Shown: positions 1-12,170 of the stretch, in pieces
How positions within the stretch are numbered: position 1 is the stretch's first letter
Layout: each line of letters begins with the position of its first letter
Assembly: GCA_965235115.1 (NCBI GenBank)
Contig: OZ249436.1
Location: 7,690,001-7,754,000 of the forward strand
Reading direction: 5' to 3'
Source: Laetmonice hystrix
Taxonomy: Eukaryota
Length of the DNA stretch: 64,000 nt
Program-made: the position numbers and the translations under genes
The notes under the pieces: generated by a model
What the model was told of the DNA's origin: nothing
What the model saw: the letters and a program-made list of their open reading frames with translations, nothing else
The model's database searches: none

Positions 1-600
1 TATGAGACTGATTGGTACTGATGGTCAGACACATTAGATTTGAGTGGAAACGGGTCAATTTCTCAGCCACCACGCGGTCTTTGTTGTCGCGAATGACCCG
101 TGTTATAGAATCTAGGCCAGCGGCAGCAAATCCCATTGAGGCCCGCGACCACATCAACACTGCGTTACGGCTTCAGCTCTCTTCACGCAACCAAACACAA
201 TTTCTCACCAGAAAGGACACGCCCCATGACAAACTTTCAATTCTACCATGTATATTCGACCAAAGTTGTTCAGGGACTTCCTCCATCGAGAACGTACGCC
301 TGGCTAAATAGAATCGAAAATGAGTGTCCGCCATATTTGTTTACAAGATGTCAAACGGAGCATTCCCAACAAACTGAAGCAGAGGTTGAAGACGATTTTA
401 GCGTTGACGTTCGGCGACTGTCATTAACCCAAATGTATATTCGAGTGTAACAGAACCTCCTTTAACCAGTTAGGCAAATAGTTTCTGCAAAAACACTGAA
501 AACAAAGAATAACTGGGGAAAGACCCGTATGGGTTGTGCCAACTTCCCACCAAAATTTGAATATGGAGGGAAATTACTAGAAGTTGAAAGGAACACTCAC

Positions 601-969
601 TCGTCTCCCTCGGGGCAAAGTCCTGTTGTCTCATCATATTTCGTACAGTATACATCCGGGCTATAATTAAACACACCATCCCTCTTCCGTACTGGCCTCC
701 TTCGCCTTTGATTTAGAAAATGCCAATGAAAGCACGTGTAAGGCCTATGTTGGGTGCACTTGTGCTGGAGGAATTGCGGGCACTGCTGAGTGCGAAACTC
801 CTTCAAATACCTGCAAAACAAATGACAAGGTCAGCATTGGGCATTTTTTGTGTGATCTGCCATATGTGTAGATCATGGAATTGTTAATACACGTGACAGT
901 CGGTGCTACTTACGTGTAATGTTTAGGTTTTTCCGTTTGCGTGGGAAGCACAGGGGCCTCCGACGGCAT
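601..969 (-). CDS. UNK: RING finger/CCCH zinc-finger protein unkempt homolog, first two coding exons; gene continues past the left edge
   Basis: Exon 1 969-914 (MPSEAPVLPTQTEKPKHYT, donor GTAAGT) and exon 2 810-601 (YLKEFRTQQCPQFLQHKCTQHRPYTCFHWHFLNQRRRRPVRKRDGVFNYSPDVYCTKYDETTGLCPEGD, acceptor TGCAG, donor GTGAGT) join in frame. The peptide is the highly conserved N-terminal CCCH finger region of unkempt/UNKL. Confidence 0.95.
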
Positions 970-2439
970 CTTGGATGTCAATAAACGTCGAGTGCGCACC
1001 ACTTCATGCGCAAATCTGTCATCTCTGTTGGATCGACTGTGGATTGGCTCAAAACAGGTCACGTGGCCGGGCTTTCCCCTTTGTGTTTAATTTCGATCAT
1101 CCTGAGCCGGTAGATGTCGCTTCTTCTCAAACACTGCCCCAAGACGAAGCCCGAAAGCCGAGTATTGCATATTATGTAACAGCGCCTGATAATAAGTAGA
1201 ATCATCTAGATTTTGGTAGCCTAAGTCCCTTTCAGAAAACAAGAAAAATGTGTTCCTCGTGCAGTCGAAAAGATATGGAAACAAATATAAAAACCCATCT
1301 CTAAAATAAGTTATAAATAAAAATGCCACATGACATTTGAGCTTGCCCGGGGTATAGGCCTACCGGGTAACTTTTGATTTTCATTGTAAAAACGCTGCTG
1401 ACTGCAGTATTGTCCGGCCACAGGTTGAGTTATTGACACGTCATTATAGACTTAAATAGAGGGCCTACTAAATACCGTTCACATACATTCACTAAATGTA
1501 TGCAGGGCCGAATAACAAAAATCACTGGGACAGACGAGGCTGATAAAGACTGAACTGGCCCAGTAGACCTATAACCCTCCAAGAATCTGACTATGTCTAT
1601 AGCAAACTGAAAAAGTTTGTGGGGGGACGATCCCCCCTCCACCTCCCTGTCCCCTACTCTGAAGCCAGTGGGCAGATTTAAATCCTCTTTTTGGGGGCGC
1701 GGCCGGTTCTCCCCTGAAAAAAAAAGATTAAACGCATGCAATCTACGTGTATTTTGTGAAATAGTAGGCCTATATAGGCTTATATCTCTATTTAAATATT
1801 ACAAACATCTATTAGCAGGGAAGATTATTGTAAGATTATCGGCTAGGGCTCTCACAGATACAGGCCACGTGCGTGGATTGCTTCCAGTTGCCCCTCTTGT
1901 CCCGCTTTCATCCGTTAGTTCGGTCTAAATAATGTTCCTCTCATGCCGCAAACAAAACACGTTTCTCTTTTGGCTTAATTAAATTCCTACTGAAACATCA
2001 TGCCTAATTATAAACAAACGTATGTTGCATCTAATTGGTATGAAAACTTCGGCTATTTATGAATGCGCGCGTTAATACAGACTGCAGTATAAGGGGCTCT
2101 ATGTTGAAAGTGTCCTTGGTAGAAACTTGAGTGCTCTAAAAATATTTGCTAATCCCTGAAACACTGTACCCTACAGCACTTATATAGTAGAGTGGCAGAG
2201 AGTAAGGGCACTGCCCGCCCATTATCTATATAGAATCTATAGGCACACGCTTATATACAATTATCAACTACTGAGGCACACCGATTTACATCAGAGAAAC
2301 CACGCTGCCCATCATTATGACATCACATTATATGTTACTTCAATCCTACCAATATAATGTAATAATACCATAATAATGATTAGATTGTGTACGGTTTATT
2401 GTATGGCCATTATAGGATTAGTGTTTTATTATCGTAAGT

Positions 2440-2967
2440 CGTTGAATCCAATGTGTTTCCAATGGGTATTTTAACGCTCGAGTGGTTAGAAGGACATAGT
2501 CTACCCATAATGTTCAAACACAAAGATGATATGGTTTACCGTGACTTAAGGGAGATCCACACGAGGCAACATGATAGTATAGTTTTAACTATCATCAAAC
2601 CCAAGTGTGAAAGCTTTAAAAAAGTGTTTGCTATAAAGGTGCCCCAAATCCTGAAAATTGAATTACCACATCTAGAATACATTTAATAGTAAGTGATCTA
2701 CTGATGTGTGCATATATAACTTCTGTCCCTTGTGCTTGTCTGCTAACAGGCTTGTGATATCCATGCGATCCCTAACGGCCATATGCAGGCCTACAATATA
2801 CATGTATACTAAAAATTCATGTTATGTGTATGTGTGTCTTTGTTTTTTAATTGACTCATGTAAATCTGATTATACTGTATATGTGTATACGATGTAAACT
2901 ATTCAGCAGGCTGCTGTGGAAGATAGATGAACAGTGTATTGCCTGGATAAATAAATTAATAATAAAT
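2440..2967 (+). mobile_element. Degenerate 3' fragment of an L2/CR1-group LINE
   Basis: Frameshifted peptide HTRQ...LTIIKPKCESFKK.F..KGAQI...LP resembles the C-terminus of L2/CR1/Crack ORF2. It is followed by a TG-rich tail ending in AATAAA repeats (2949-2967). Confidence 0.4.
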
Positions 2968-2975
2968 GATACATG

Positions 2976-3044
2976 ATTAGCTGTCATTAACTATTAGCTA
3001 TTAACTACATTGTAGTTAATAGCTAATAGTTAATGACAGCTAAT
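2976..3044. repeat. Perfect palindrome, 34-bp arms with a 1-nt spacer
   Basis: 2976-3009 attagctgtcattaactattagctattaactaca is the exact reverse complement of 3011-3044. Confidence 0.95.
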
Positions 3045-3664
3045 TATCTTACACTAACAGCGTATAATATGAAATACAAAAAAAAAAAAAAAACTGCAGC
3101 GGCGTTGAACTGTTGAGAATGCTAGTCTACCATACGACAAACCTCATAATAATCTCATGAAAAAACATTATTGTAGACAATATCTCTACAATTATAAGTC
3201 GGCCCACCCACTCATTATCATGACGAATTGTGACAGGTACTCTATATGTGGCGACTGCATGATGGCATCTAAGGCACAGTGGATGTATAGGCCTATAGAT
3301 TCGAGAATACAGATACTTGTCTAAAAGTCGTGTTTAATTTGACTTTCCGCCAATACATTCTTGTTGGCAAGAAAAATGGCAAAAAAATGCAATTTACTCG
3401 TGAAGAGTAGAAGAGTTGGAGGCGGAAGTGGAGTGGATGGAAAGATATGCAGGCCCGGCTAACACTGAACCTGACGCCAAGCTTAGAGGATAAACCCCCT
3501 ATAGCATGCCATGCTGAGGGGGGGGGGGGGGTCAGCCCCCTTGCCCCCGTTATGGCGCGACATGTATACATGTTATTCGGTTTGTATCCAATATAGGCCT
3601 ACAATGTCTTGGGACTGTCTTTTCTGGATAGATATCCCATGAACTGTTGAATATAGTCCGCATG

Positions 3665-4326
3665 AACTGGAGATACTGGACAATATTAAGTCTGAGTTGA
3701 AGTTATTTCGAGCTGATCACTCCTACACGTAGCGGTGGCTGCCTATAACTGGAGATACTGGACAATATTAAGTCTGAGTTGAAGTTATTTCCGAGCTGAG
3801 CACTCCTACACGTAGCGGTGGCTGCCTATAACTGGAGATACTGGACAATATTAAGTCTGAGTTGAAGTTATTTCGAGCTGATCACTCCTACACGTAGCGG
3901 TGGCTGCCTATAACTGGAGATACTGGACAATATTAAGTCTGAGTTGAAGTTATTTCCGAGCTGAGCACTCCTACACGTAGCGGTGGCCGCCTATAACTGG
4001 AGATACTGGACAATATTAAGTCTGAGTTGAAGTTGTTTTCGAGCTGATCACTCCTACACGTAGCGGTGGCCGCCTATAACTGGAGATACTGGACAATATT
4101 AAGTCTGAGTTGAAGTTGTTTCCGAGCTGATCACTCCTACACGTAGCGGTGGCAGCCTATAACTGGAGATACTGGACAATATTAAGTCTGAGTTGAAGTT
4201 GTTTTCGAGCTGATCATTCCTACATGTAGCGGTGGCCGCCTATAACTGGAGATACTGGACAATATTAAGTCTGAGTTGAAGTTGTTTCCGGGCTGATCAC
4301 TCCTACACGTAGCGGTGGCCGCCTAT
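3665..4326. repeat. 82-83 bp minisatellite, 8 copies, overlapping the ACSM stop codon
   Basis: Unit aactggagatactggacaatattaagtctgagttgaag...cggtggctgcctat; the last unit's cta (4323-4325) is the ACSM TAG stop. Confidence 0.95.
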
Positions 4327-7300
4327 TCTCGACTCCATTCCTTATTACGAAGCTCTACGCGTCGAGTTTTCAGGCTCACAGTTTTCGGGAGGCTTTCTAC
4401 AAATTCTATCTGTAAAACGAAAAAAATATAACATGAGTAGGATTTTATGATAATCTGCTATTTAATAATTTGTCAAAACGTTGTATAACTTTTACTCTTT
4501 TTCTTCTTATACCGTGAGATTTGACGTATATAATAAAATATATACTAGCCTTGCGTGGATACTTGTATGGGGCGGTGACTTTTTTCACATGGTCCTGTAT
4601 GTCCTTCTTCAAACCTTCTTCATCTGCCTCCCTGTATGCCGAGGCCAGGACGACGAAAGCTTTCACAACCTGAAATGTGAAACCGCATGTCACTTGCATA
4701 TAAACTCTCTTCATGGATCATCCAGCTCTAGGCGGATCCACAGGGGGTGCGCCCCCTTGGGAACATTATTTCCTCTTTTGGCTTGTGTTTTTGTTTGTGG
4801 TATTACTTTTTTTTAATAAGTAAAGTTTCACCCCAAGGATCCACATACACAACAGTCGTTTGAGCTAGGACCTGGGTATGCAGATTCATGAGACATGACA
4901 TTGCAATGCCTTAACTGGGATCACTCCAGACCCATACACTAACCTCGCCTCGGATCCGGTCAGGACTGCTGACCGCTGCAGACTCGACAACCTTAACTGG
5001 GATCACTCCAGACCCATACACTAACCTCGCCTCGGATAGGGTCGGGACTGCTGACCGCTGCAGACTCGACAACTGCTGGGTGTTAGTTACTAACCTCGCC
5101 TCGGATCGGGTCAGGACTGCTGACCGCTGCAGACTCGACAACTGTTACTAACCTCGCCTCGGATCGGGTCAGGACTGCTGACCGCTGCAGACTCGACAAC
5201 TGTTACTAACCTCGCCTCGGATAGGGTCAGGACTGCTGACCGCTGCAGACTCGACAACTGCTGGGTGTTAGTTACTAACCTCGCCTCGGATTGGGTCGGG
5301 ACTGCTGACCGCTGCAGACTCGACAACTGCTGGGTGTTAGTTACTAACCTCGCCTCGGATAGGGTCAGGACTGCTGACCGCTGCAGACTCGACAACTGCT
5401 GGGTGTTAGTTACTAACCTCGCCTCGGATAGGGTCAGGACTGCTGACCGCTGCAGACTCGACAACTGCTGGGTGTTCCAGGAGGGCATTCTCCACCTCAA
5501 ACGGTCCAATACGATATCTGACAACAATGGACACAAGCAGGCTAGAGAACCACTATAGTGCATGAGAAACATAGACTTCAATTTCTCTGAGTTATTGGTA
5601 TTTATATTGGAGTATTTGTACGCATGCACATGGTAAATTCCAGGTCATTCTCACGCTGTATCTGTAAGTTATAGACATATGTATTCAGGTGTATGCCGGT
5701 GGGTGGGGAGGATGAGGCGTCAATTTTCTTTCTCATAGCGCTTTCTTACTTGATCCCGTTGGATCCCCTTACGGCTCTTGCCAGATTTTCCCATTGGATC
5801 CGGCTCTTCAAATCCGCTCGTGGTACTGTGACCCACACATCTGATGGGGGATGCGTGAAAAGTGTGGGAAAATTGAGAGTTGAGTATGCGCATGTTTACT
5901 TATATAATAATGGTTTTGTGACTGTACTTACCCTGCTGATAGGATAACATCGTCGGCACGTCCAACGAACCAAAAATAGCCTTCCTCATCTTTCATTGCG
6001 CGATCTCCAGGAAGGTAATAGTCACCTTTATATGTGTCCGCTGTCTTCTGGGGCTCATCCTAAACAAAATATTCACTTATCAATCTCTAGGAAGGTATGT
6101 GAGTCATTATTATACCTTTCATAACCTGTTGATCTCCAGGAAGGTAATAGTCACCTTTATATGTGTCCGCTGTCTTCTGGGGCTCATCCTAAACAAAATA
6201 TTCACTTATCAATCTCTAGGAAGGTAATAGTCGCCTTTATATGTGTCCGCTGTCTTCTGGGGCTCATCCTAAACAAAATATTCACTTATCAATCTCTAGG
6301 AAGGTAATAGTCGCCTTTATATGTGTCCGCTGTCTTCTGGGGCTCATCCTAAACAAAATATTCACTTATCAATCTCTAGGAAGGTAATAGTCGCCTTTAT
6401 ATGTGTCCGCTGTCTTCTGGGGTTCATCCTAAACAAAATATTCACTTATCAATGTGACACATTATTATACCTTTCATAACCTGTTGATGGGGTTTACCGG
6501 TACTTCAAGTAAGACCTTTAGACCGGTTAGAGAATGTAACGTTATATATAAATTTGTTTGTACGTTTCTGCACATACATACCACATATCTGCTGAAAAGA
6601 CCCACAGGTCGATTCGGGTTGATACGAAGTGCAAGGTCTCCCTCCTGTCCGGCGGCTACCTCATTACCACCTTCGTCAATAACCTGGTACCAGATACACA
6701 ATCAATGAAGCTGGCAACAGAATCACTGCCATAACAATAATGACATGTATGCACAGTATATATTGTGCATTCTATATTTCAAATTGCCGATATATACTTC
6801 AAGTCTGACAATAAAAATAAATATGAGCCTATAGTATTTATAAGGGCATTCATATCTCTAGTGAACTTAACTTGAGAATTCTAAGACTTGCGTCCTAATT
6901 GGTCTTAAACATCTTTCATTAGATCTATATTTATTAGATCTATATGACCTAGGTAAAAAGTCTATATTATTGGACATGCTGAAGCTAAATGGGTCTGAAG
7001 ATATTTTCTATTTAGGATTCACGTTTTCAATGTAAACCAGGTATAAGGTGTCGTTTCTCCTAGACGTGCCGTGGAACACTCACAGTGAGATCCATTCCCG
7101 GGGCAGGTTTCCCCATCGACCCCGGCTTGTTGGGGATACAGCGGAATGACGCACACTGCAGGACCTACAATTACATGGAAGTGATCAATCTGACTCATTC
7201 ATTTATGAATCATGATTGGTCGTATTTATCCTATTTTCTCTTTCTTGAACTGATGATAATTTGACTATAGCTATACAGTAGCGTACCCGGAAGGGGGGGG

Positions 7301-10300
7301 GGGTGCTTTGGGTGCTCAAGCACCCCCCTCAATTTTCCTCTCTTTTTTTTTGGGGGGGGGGGGGGTGTTTTTTTGAGCGCCTACGACGTTGGTTATTTCC
7401 AGCACCCCCTGGGTCCGGTTTCTGGGTACGCCACTGCTATAGTATATATGTAGTATCCGATTTGGAAGGTCATCCTGAACTCACCGTCTCCGTCTGACCG
7501 TACCCCTCTCGGATCACCTGACCAGTACTGCCACACCAGGCGTCAATCACCTCAGGGTTCTGATGGGGCACAATATTGTACAGAAATTACGTAATGAATG
7601 TATGTGGGAGTTTGGCATTAAAGAAGATATGATTGCGTAATTACTTGTAAGGGACAGTTGGAAACTTTTTAGTGGGTTCCTATAGGCATCAAAGAATAGG
7701 ATGGGAATATCTAATATATAGGCCTATACATTATAAAAGTCTCAGGGTATACCGATGGTAAAACAACGAGAAGAAAACATGTGCATAAAATGTCTTTTAC
7801 TGCATGAAGAGAAATGGAATAACTAGACGGTAATGAAATACTATGTGCCTGTAATAAGGATCCTGCAGGAGCTTGGCCACATGATAAACAAACGTCTAAT
7901 ACATTGTACTTATACACCTACCAATGGTTCCCCGGCACTAACAACATGCCTCAAGTTTCTCAGGTTGTATTGAGTAAAGTTCTCCTGAACGAACATACGG
8001 AAGGCCGTTGGAGCCGCGCAAAACGTAGAGACCGGGTATTTCTCCATGGCCTATTCACAGAAAATAAGATTGAATAATACCGCACATCAGATCCTCAAGG
8101 CGTCATTTATAACTCTCGGCGCTGATCGGGGCGCATTGTGTGGCACACTGTAGAGTTCCTGCTAACATTAGTCGTTCTCGTTATTGTAGTTATCGGGTAT
8201 TCTCTATGACAGCGATTTGTTCTGACAGGCAATCATAATAAGGACGAATTGTGCAGGAATGTATACAACACACCTCCATTACTTGCTGAGGTCGGAAAGA
8301 CGTGGTATTCTGGATGAAGACACACGCTCCTTGAATCCAAGGGGCAAACAACGAACTCCAAGCCGACTTGGCCCAGCCAGTATCTGACAGATTCCAGTGG
8401 ATGTCATCATGGTGCAGGTCGAGCCAGAATCTGTCATCAAAGTGATATTCTATATTCGGATCATTTTAATAATCATTTTGAACAAAATAATTAGGCTAAA
8501 TAATATTAGAGCACTGACAAATAAAATTGTCTATTATTCGTCAACGAAACTCTATACACAACAAACACAGAAACTACCTCTGTTAGAAAAATCTATAATT
8601 TCAGGATGGGAGCTTGGAATTTTCTAAGTACGGTCCCTGTTAGCGGCGGTACCTGCCGGTGATGACAGAAGCGAGTCCGTAGCTGGCATGGGTGTGCTCG
8701 GTCATCTTGGGGTCGCCTGTCGTACCACTCGTGAAGAAAATCGTCATTGGTTCGTCACTCCTCGTCTGAACAGCCTGCCATTACAAAACGATGATTTGTA
8801 ATTAATCATAATTATATCCTCGCCGGTTACACCAAAAATTCAAACATGCATAGTCATAAATCATATGTTCAGTGATTAACTGTTCCTCGTGTTTAAAAAT
8901 AATTCTCTGAGCATTTCCTTAAAAGGTAAAGTAAACATGGCCAAAACTACATAATTAAGTGTAGCGTCTGCTACTTGTATATTTTCTACATGTCTTATAT
9001 TTTTACAATGCGCGAGTAGTTTGTACCGTGTGCCCTGGACTCATCTGGTTGTAGAGTTCTGTAAAGTTCTGCCATCCAGGTCTGTCAGAAAATGAAAGAA
9101 AAAAAACGGAAGTTTACGTAATCTGTAAAACTGATATATTAATGACACGTTGTCCATATTTTAACCCTCGACAAATCGAGTTATGATTCTTCTTCATATT
9201 TCTGGTAGGATTTTCCAAAGGATGGCCTGGCAATTACCTTTTCAGGTACGAGTCCTCTGTCACAAGTAGTTTGGAGACAAGGCTCGGGCAGTCTTGCAGT
9301 ACCTGCAGGATAGGGTCATGTTGGGGCTATAAGTCTATTACACCCAATAATTTTCTAATTTTAAAAAAATTAAAAAAAGTTTACACGTGATCTGTACGTG
9401 TCACGTATAAATGATGATTCAGGTTTACAACTGGCACAGTGCATGGGAGAGTTTACACGTGAACTGTGTCACGTATACATGATGATTCAGGTTTACAACT
9501 GGCACAGTGGGAGAGTTTACACGTGATCTGTGTCACGTATAAATGATGATTCAGGTTTACAACTGGCACAGTGGGAGAGTTTACACGTGATCTGTGTCAC
9601 GTATAAATGATGATTCAGATTTACAACTGGCACAGTGGAAGAATGTACACGTGAACTGTGTCAAGTATAAATGATGATTCAGATTTACAACTGGCACAGT
9701 GGAAGAATGTACACGTGATCTGTGTTACGTATAAATGATGATTCAGGTTTACAACTGACACAGTGGGAGAATTACACGTGATCTGTGTCACGTATAAATG
9801 ACGATTCAGGTTTACAACTGGCACAGTGGGAGAGTTTACACGTGACCTGTGTCACGTATAAATGACGATTCAGGTTTACAACTGACACAGTGGGAGAGTT
9901 TACACGTGATCTGTGTCACGTATAAATGATGATTCAGGTTTACAACTGGCACAGTGGAAGAGTTTACACGTGATCTGTGTCACGTATAAATGATGATTCA
10001 GATTTACAACTGGCACAGTGGGAGAGTTTACACGTGATCTGTGTCACGTATAAATGATGATTCAGGTTTACAACTGGCACAGTGGGAGAGTTTACACGTG
10101 ATCTGTGTCACGTATAAATGATGATTCAGGTTTACAACTGGCATAGTGGGAGAGTTTACACGTGATCTGTGTCACGTATAAATGATGATTCAGGTTTACA
10201 ACTGGCACAGTGGGAGAGTTTACACGTGATCTGTGTCACGTATAAATGATGATTCAGATTTACAACTGGCACAGTGGGAGAGTTTACACGTGATCTGTGT

Positions 10301-11501
10301 CACGTATAAATGATGATTCAGATTTACAACTGGCACAGTGGGAGAGTTTACACGTGATCTGTGTCACGTATAAATGATGATTCAGATTTACAACTGGCAC
10401 AGTGGGAGAGTTTACACGTGATCTGTATCACGTATAAATGATGATTAGGACCACTCACTGCATCAACCTTTTCGGCCGTCGTCTCATCTGTAATGATGCA
10501 CTTGGTGTCTGACTTTACAATACGCTTGAGAATGTCTCCTTCCGTCAGCAAGGTTGTGCCAGGAATCAGGACCGTGCCTACCAGTAAATCAATCAGATTT
10601 ACAGTGCATGTCTTCACATAAATGACAGTGCGTACATTCCACCAAAGAAAAACAGATTTTTTTCTGTTACTGCTTATCGCTCTAATGTCCACCAACTGAC
10701 CTGTACGTATTGCAGCCAGGTTGACAAGCCACCACTGAGGGATTCTGGGTAGAAGGACTATGACCCTGTCCCCACGGGTAAGCCCACACGGTCCTGTCAT
10801 GATGTTGGCTACCCTGACAAATTTTATTATTAAGAAATCAGTGGTTCCTCAAGATTGAATGTTGCGCAAGTATAGATGCGTAGATTCATAGTAACAATGT
10901 GTATATACAATGTATGAATCTTCTTGAATTTATTTGTACACATTTCTGTAAAGTCAGAATTCTTTAAGCAGAACCTTTTAGTCTTTTCCACGAGATCGGC
11001 AAAGGTCCATTGTAGTTCATGTCCTGATTCGTCCATCCACCAAAACGCGGGTGTGTTTTTCTTTATATAAAATATATAAAAACAAATGTGCAGACAGTCC
11101 CGACGCCATCGCAAGAGAGTAGAAAATAAGGGCAAAAGCACTTTTACGAAAAGGCCAATTGCCTCCAATTGCAAAATCTGATGAAGCCTGTATTATTATA
11201 TCAAACAGAAAGCCTAATGCATGTCTAATTGGTTCACTCCAAGGAATCGGTACACTATGTAAGATAACAACTGGCTGACCTTGTCATACTGGGCCCATCG
11301 TTCCACAACATCGGTCACAAAGTTAAAGTAGTCAGGTACATCAATCTTAAATGTAGCCTTCTCAGCCTCATAATTATTGAAGCCGATGGCTGAGGGTGCG
11401 GTGGAGTATGGCGAGGCTACCGTTCTGAGAAACACATCATCAATTCTTCTGTTCAAAGTTCGAAGAAGAGGAATCCTCTTTGTTAGCAGTTTCCTAAACA
11501 T
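4323..11501 (-). CDS. ACSM3: Mitochondrial medium-chain acyl-CoA synthetase (ACSM3/ACSM4-like), 16 coding exons, 586 aa
   Basis: Exons (minus): 11501-11280, 11060-10975, 10813-10701, 10577-10459, 9302-9238, 9081-9027, 8774-8653, 8430-8274, 8050-7922, 7559-7485, 7164-7084, 6683-6582, 6059-5932, 5517-5418, 4669-4550, 4409-4323. They total 1761 nt and all splice phases are compatible. Motifs: Arg/Lys-rich presequence [30 protein letters not shown] (P-loop), [65 protein letters not shown]. The paralog number cannot be resolved; an alternative in-frame ATG lies at 11534. Confidence 0.93.
4911..5475. repeat. 58-82 bp (mostly 69 bp) tandem copies of the 3' end of ACSM exon 14 plus its splice donor, 8 copies
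   Basis: actaacctcgcctcgg (minus strand CCGAGGCGAG|GTTAGT) occurs at about 4938, 5020, 5089, 5147, 5205, 5274, 5343 and 5412. Confidence 0.95.
6002..6453. repeat. 80-bp tandem copies of the ACSM exon 13 splice acceptor plus exon start (4 extra copies and the real one)
   Basis: catcctaaacaaaatattcacttatcaat (minus strand ...TTTAG|GATGA) with the acceptor G at 6060, 6189, 6269, 6349 and 6429. Confidence 0.95.
7276..7436. mobile_element. Short hAT-like MITE with G/C homopolymer interior
   Basis: Imperfect TIRs cagtagcgtacccggaa / ttctgggtacgccactg; no clean TSD. A related element lies at about 29465-29605. Confidence 0.55.
9378..10447. repeat. 64-bp minisatellite, about 17 copies, filling ACSM intron 4
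   Basis: Unit agtttacacgtgatctgtgtcacgtataaatgatgattcaggtttacaactggcacagtgggag; the array stops about 11 nt from the donor at 10458. Confidence 0.95.
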
Positions 11502-11916
11502 CCTTGCTTGAGACTTAGAAAGATCGAGGATCATGAACGTCAAGCCTGTAGCATTCTGAAAAATAGATTTCAAACAATAACTTTGAATAAGGAAAAAATT
11601 GGTAGAGCCTATAGACCTAGACTATACGCAATGCATTAGGCCTATATAAAGTTGCACGGCAGTCACGGCAAATGCCGTGACCCCCCTTTTTTGCTGTGAT
11701 GCAAGTTTTGCCTCTAACCACATTTTTGTGACAAAATGTGACAGGGGGTGCTGTCATCGTGAGGTCACTAGAAATAGTGCCCTAATCGGGAGGGAGGGAG
11801 GGACGGAGGGAGGGTGGGTCTCCGGAAATTGTTAAAAATTAGAAGTTGATTCTTCGCTCAACGGGTTCAAAACGGCGGGAATGCTTAGAAAATATCGCTC
11901 CACGGGTTCAAAACTA

Positions 11917-12170
11917 CGGAGCCCTGTTGGGGACATGAAGAGAAAAAAAACTGTGGTGATCTCGAAATTACCACTTAGTGACGTCATTAACTCGTTATTA
12001 CGACTCAATGATATCACTAAGTCGTTATTATGAGTTAATCGCGTTCGTTTCAGAGAAAAAAAATTCGTGGTGATCCCGAAATTACCACTTAGTGACGTCT
12101 TTAACTCGTTATTACGACTTAATCACGTCACTAAGTCGTTATTGCGAATTAATCGCGTTATTTTACGCTA
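11917..12170. mobile_element. Truncated copy (left TIR and internal repeats) of the MITE at 13091-13385
   Basis: ta|cggagccctgttggggacatgaag followed by the same gtggtgatctcgaaattaccacttagtgacgtcattaactcgttattacgac subrepeats; no right TIR seen. Confidence 0.75.
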
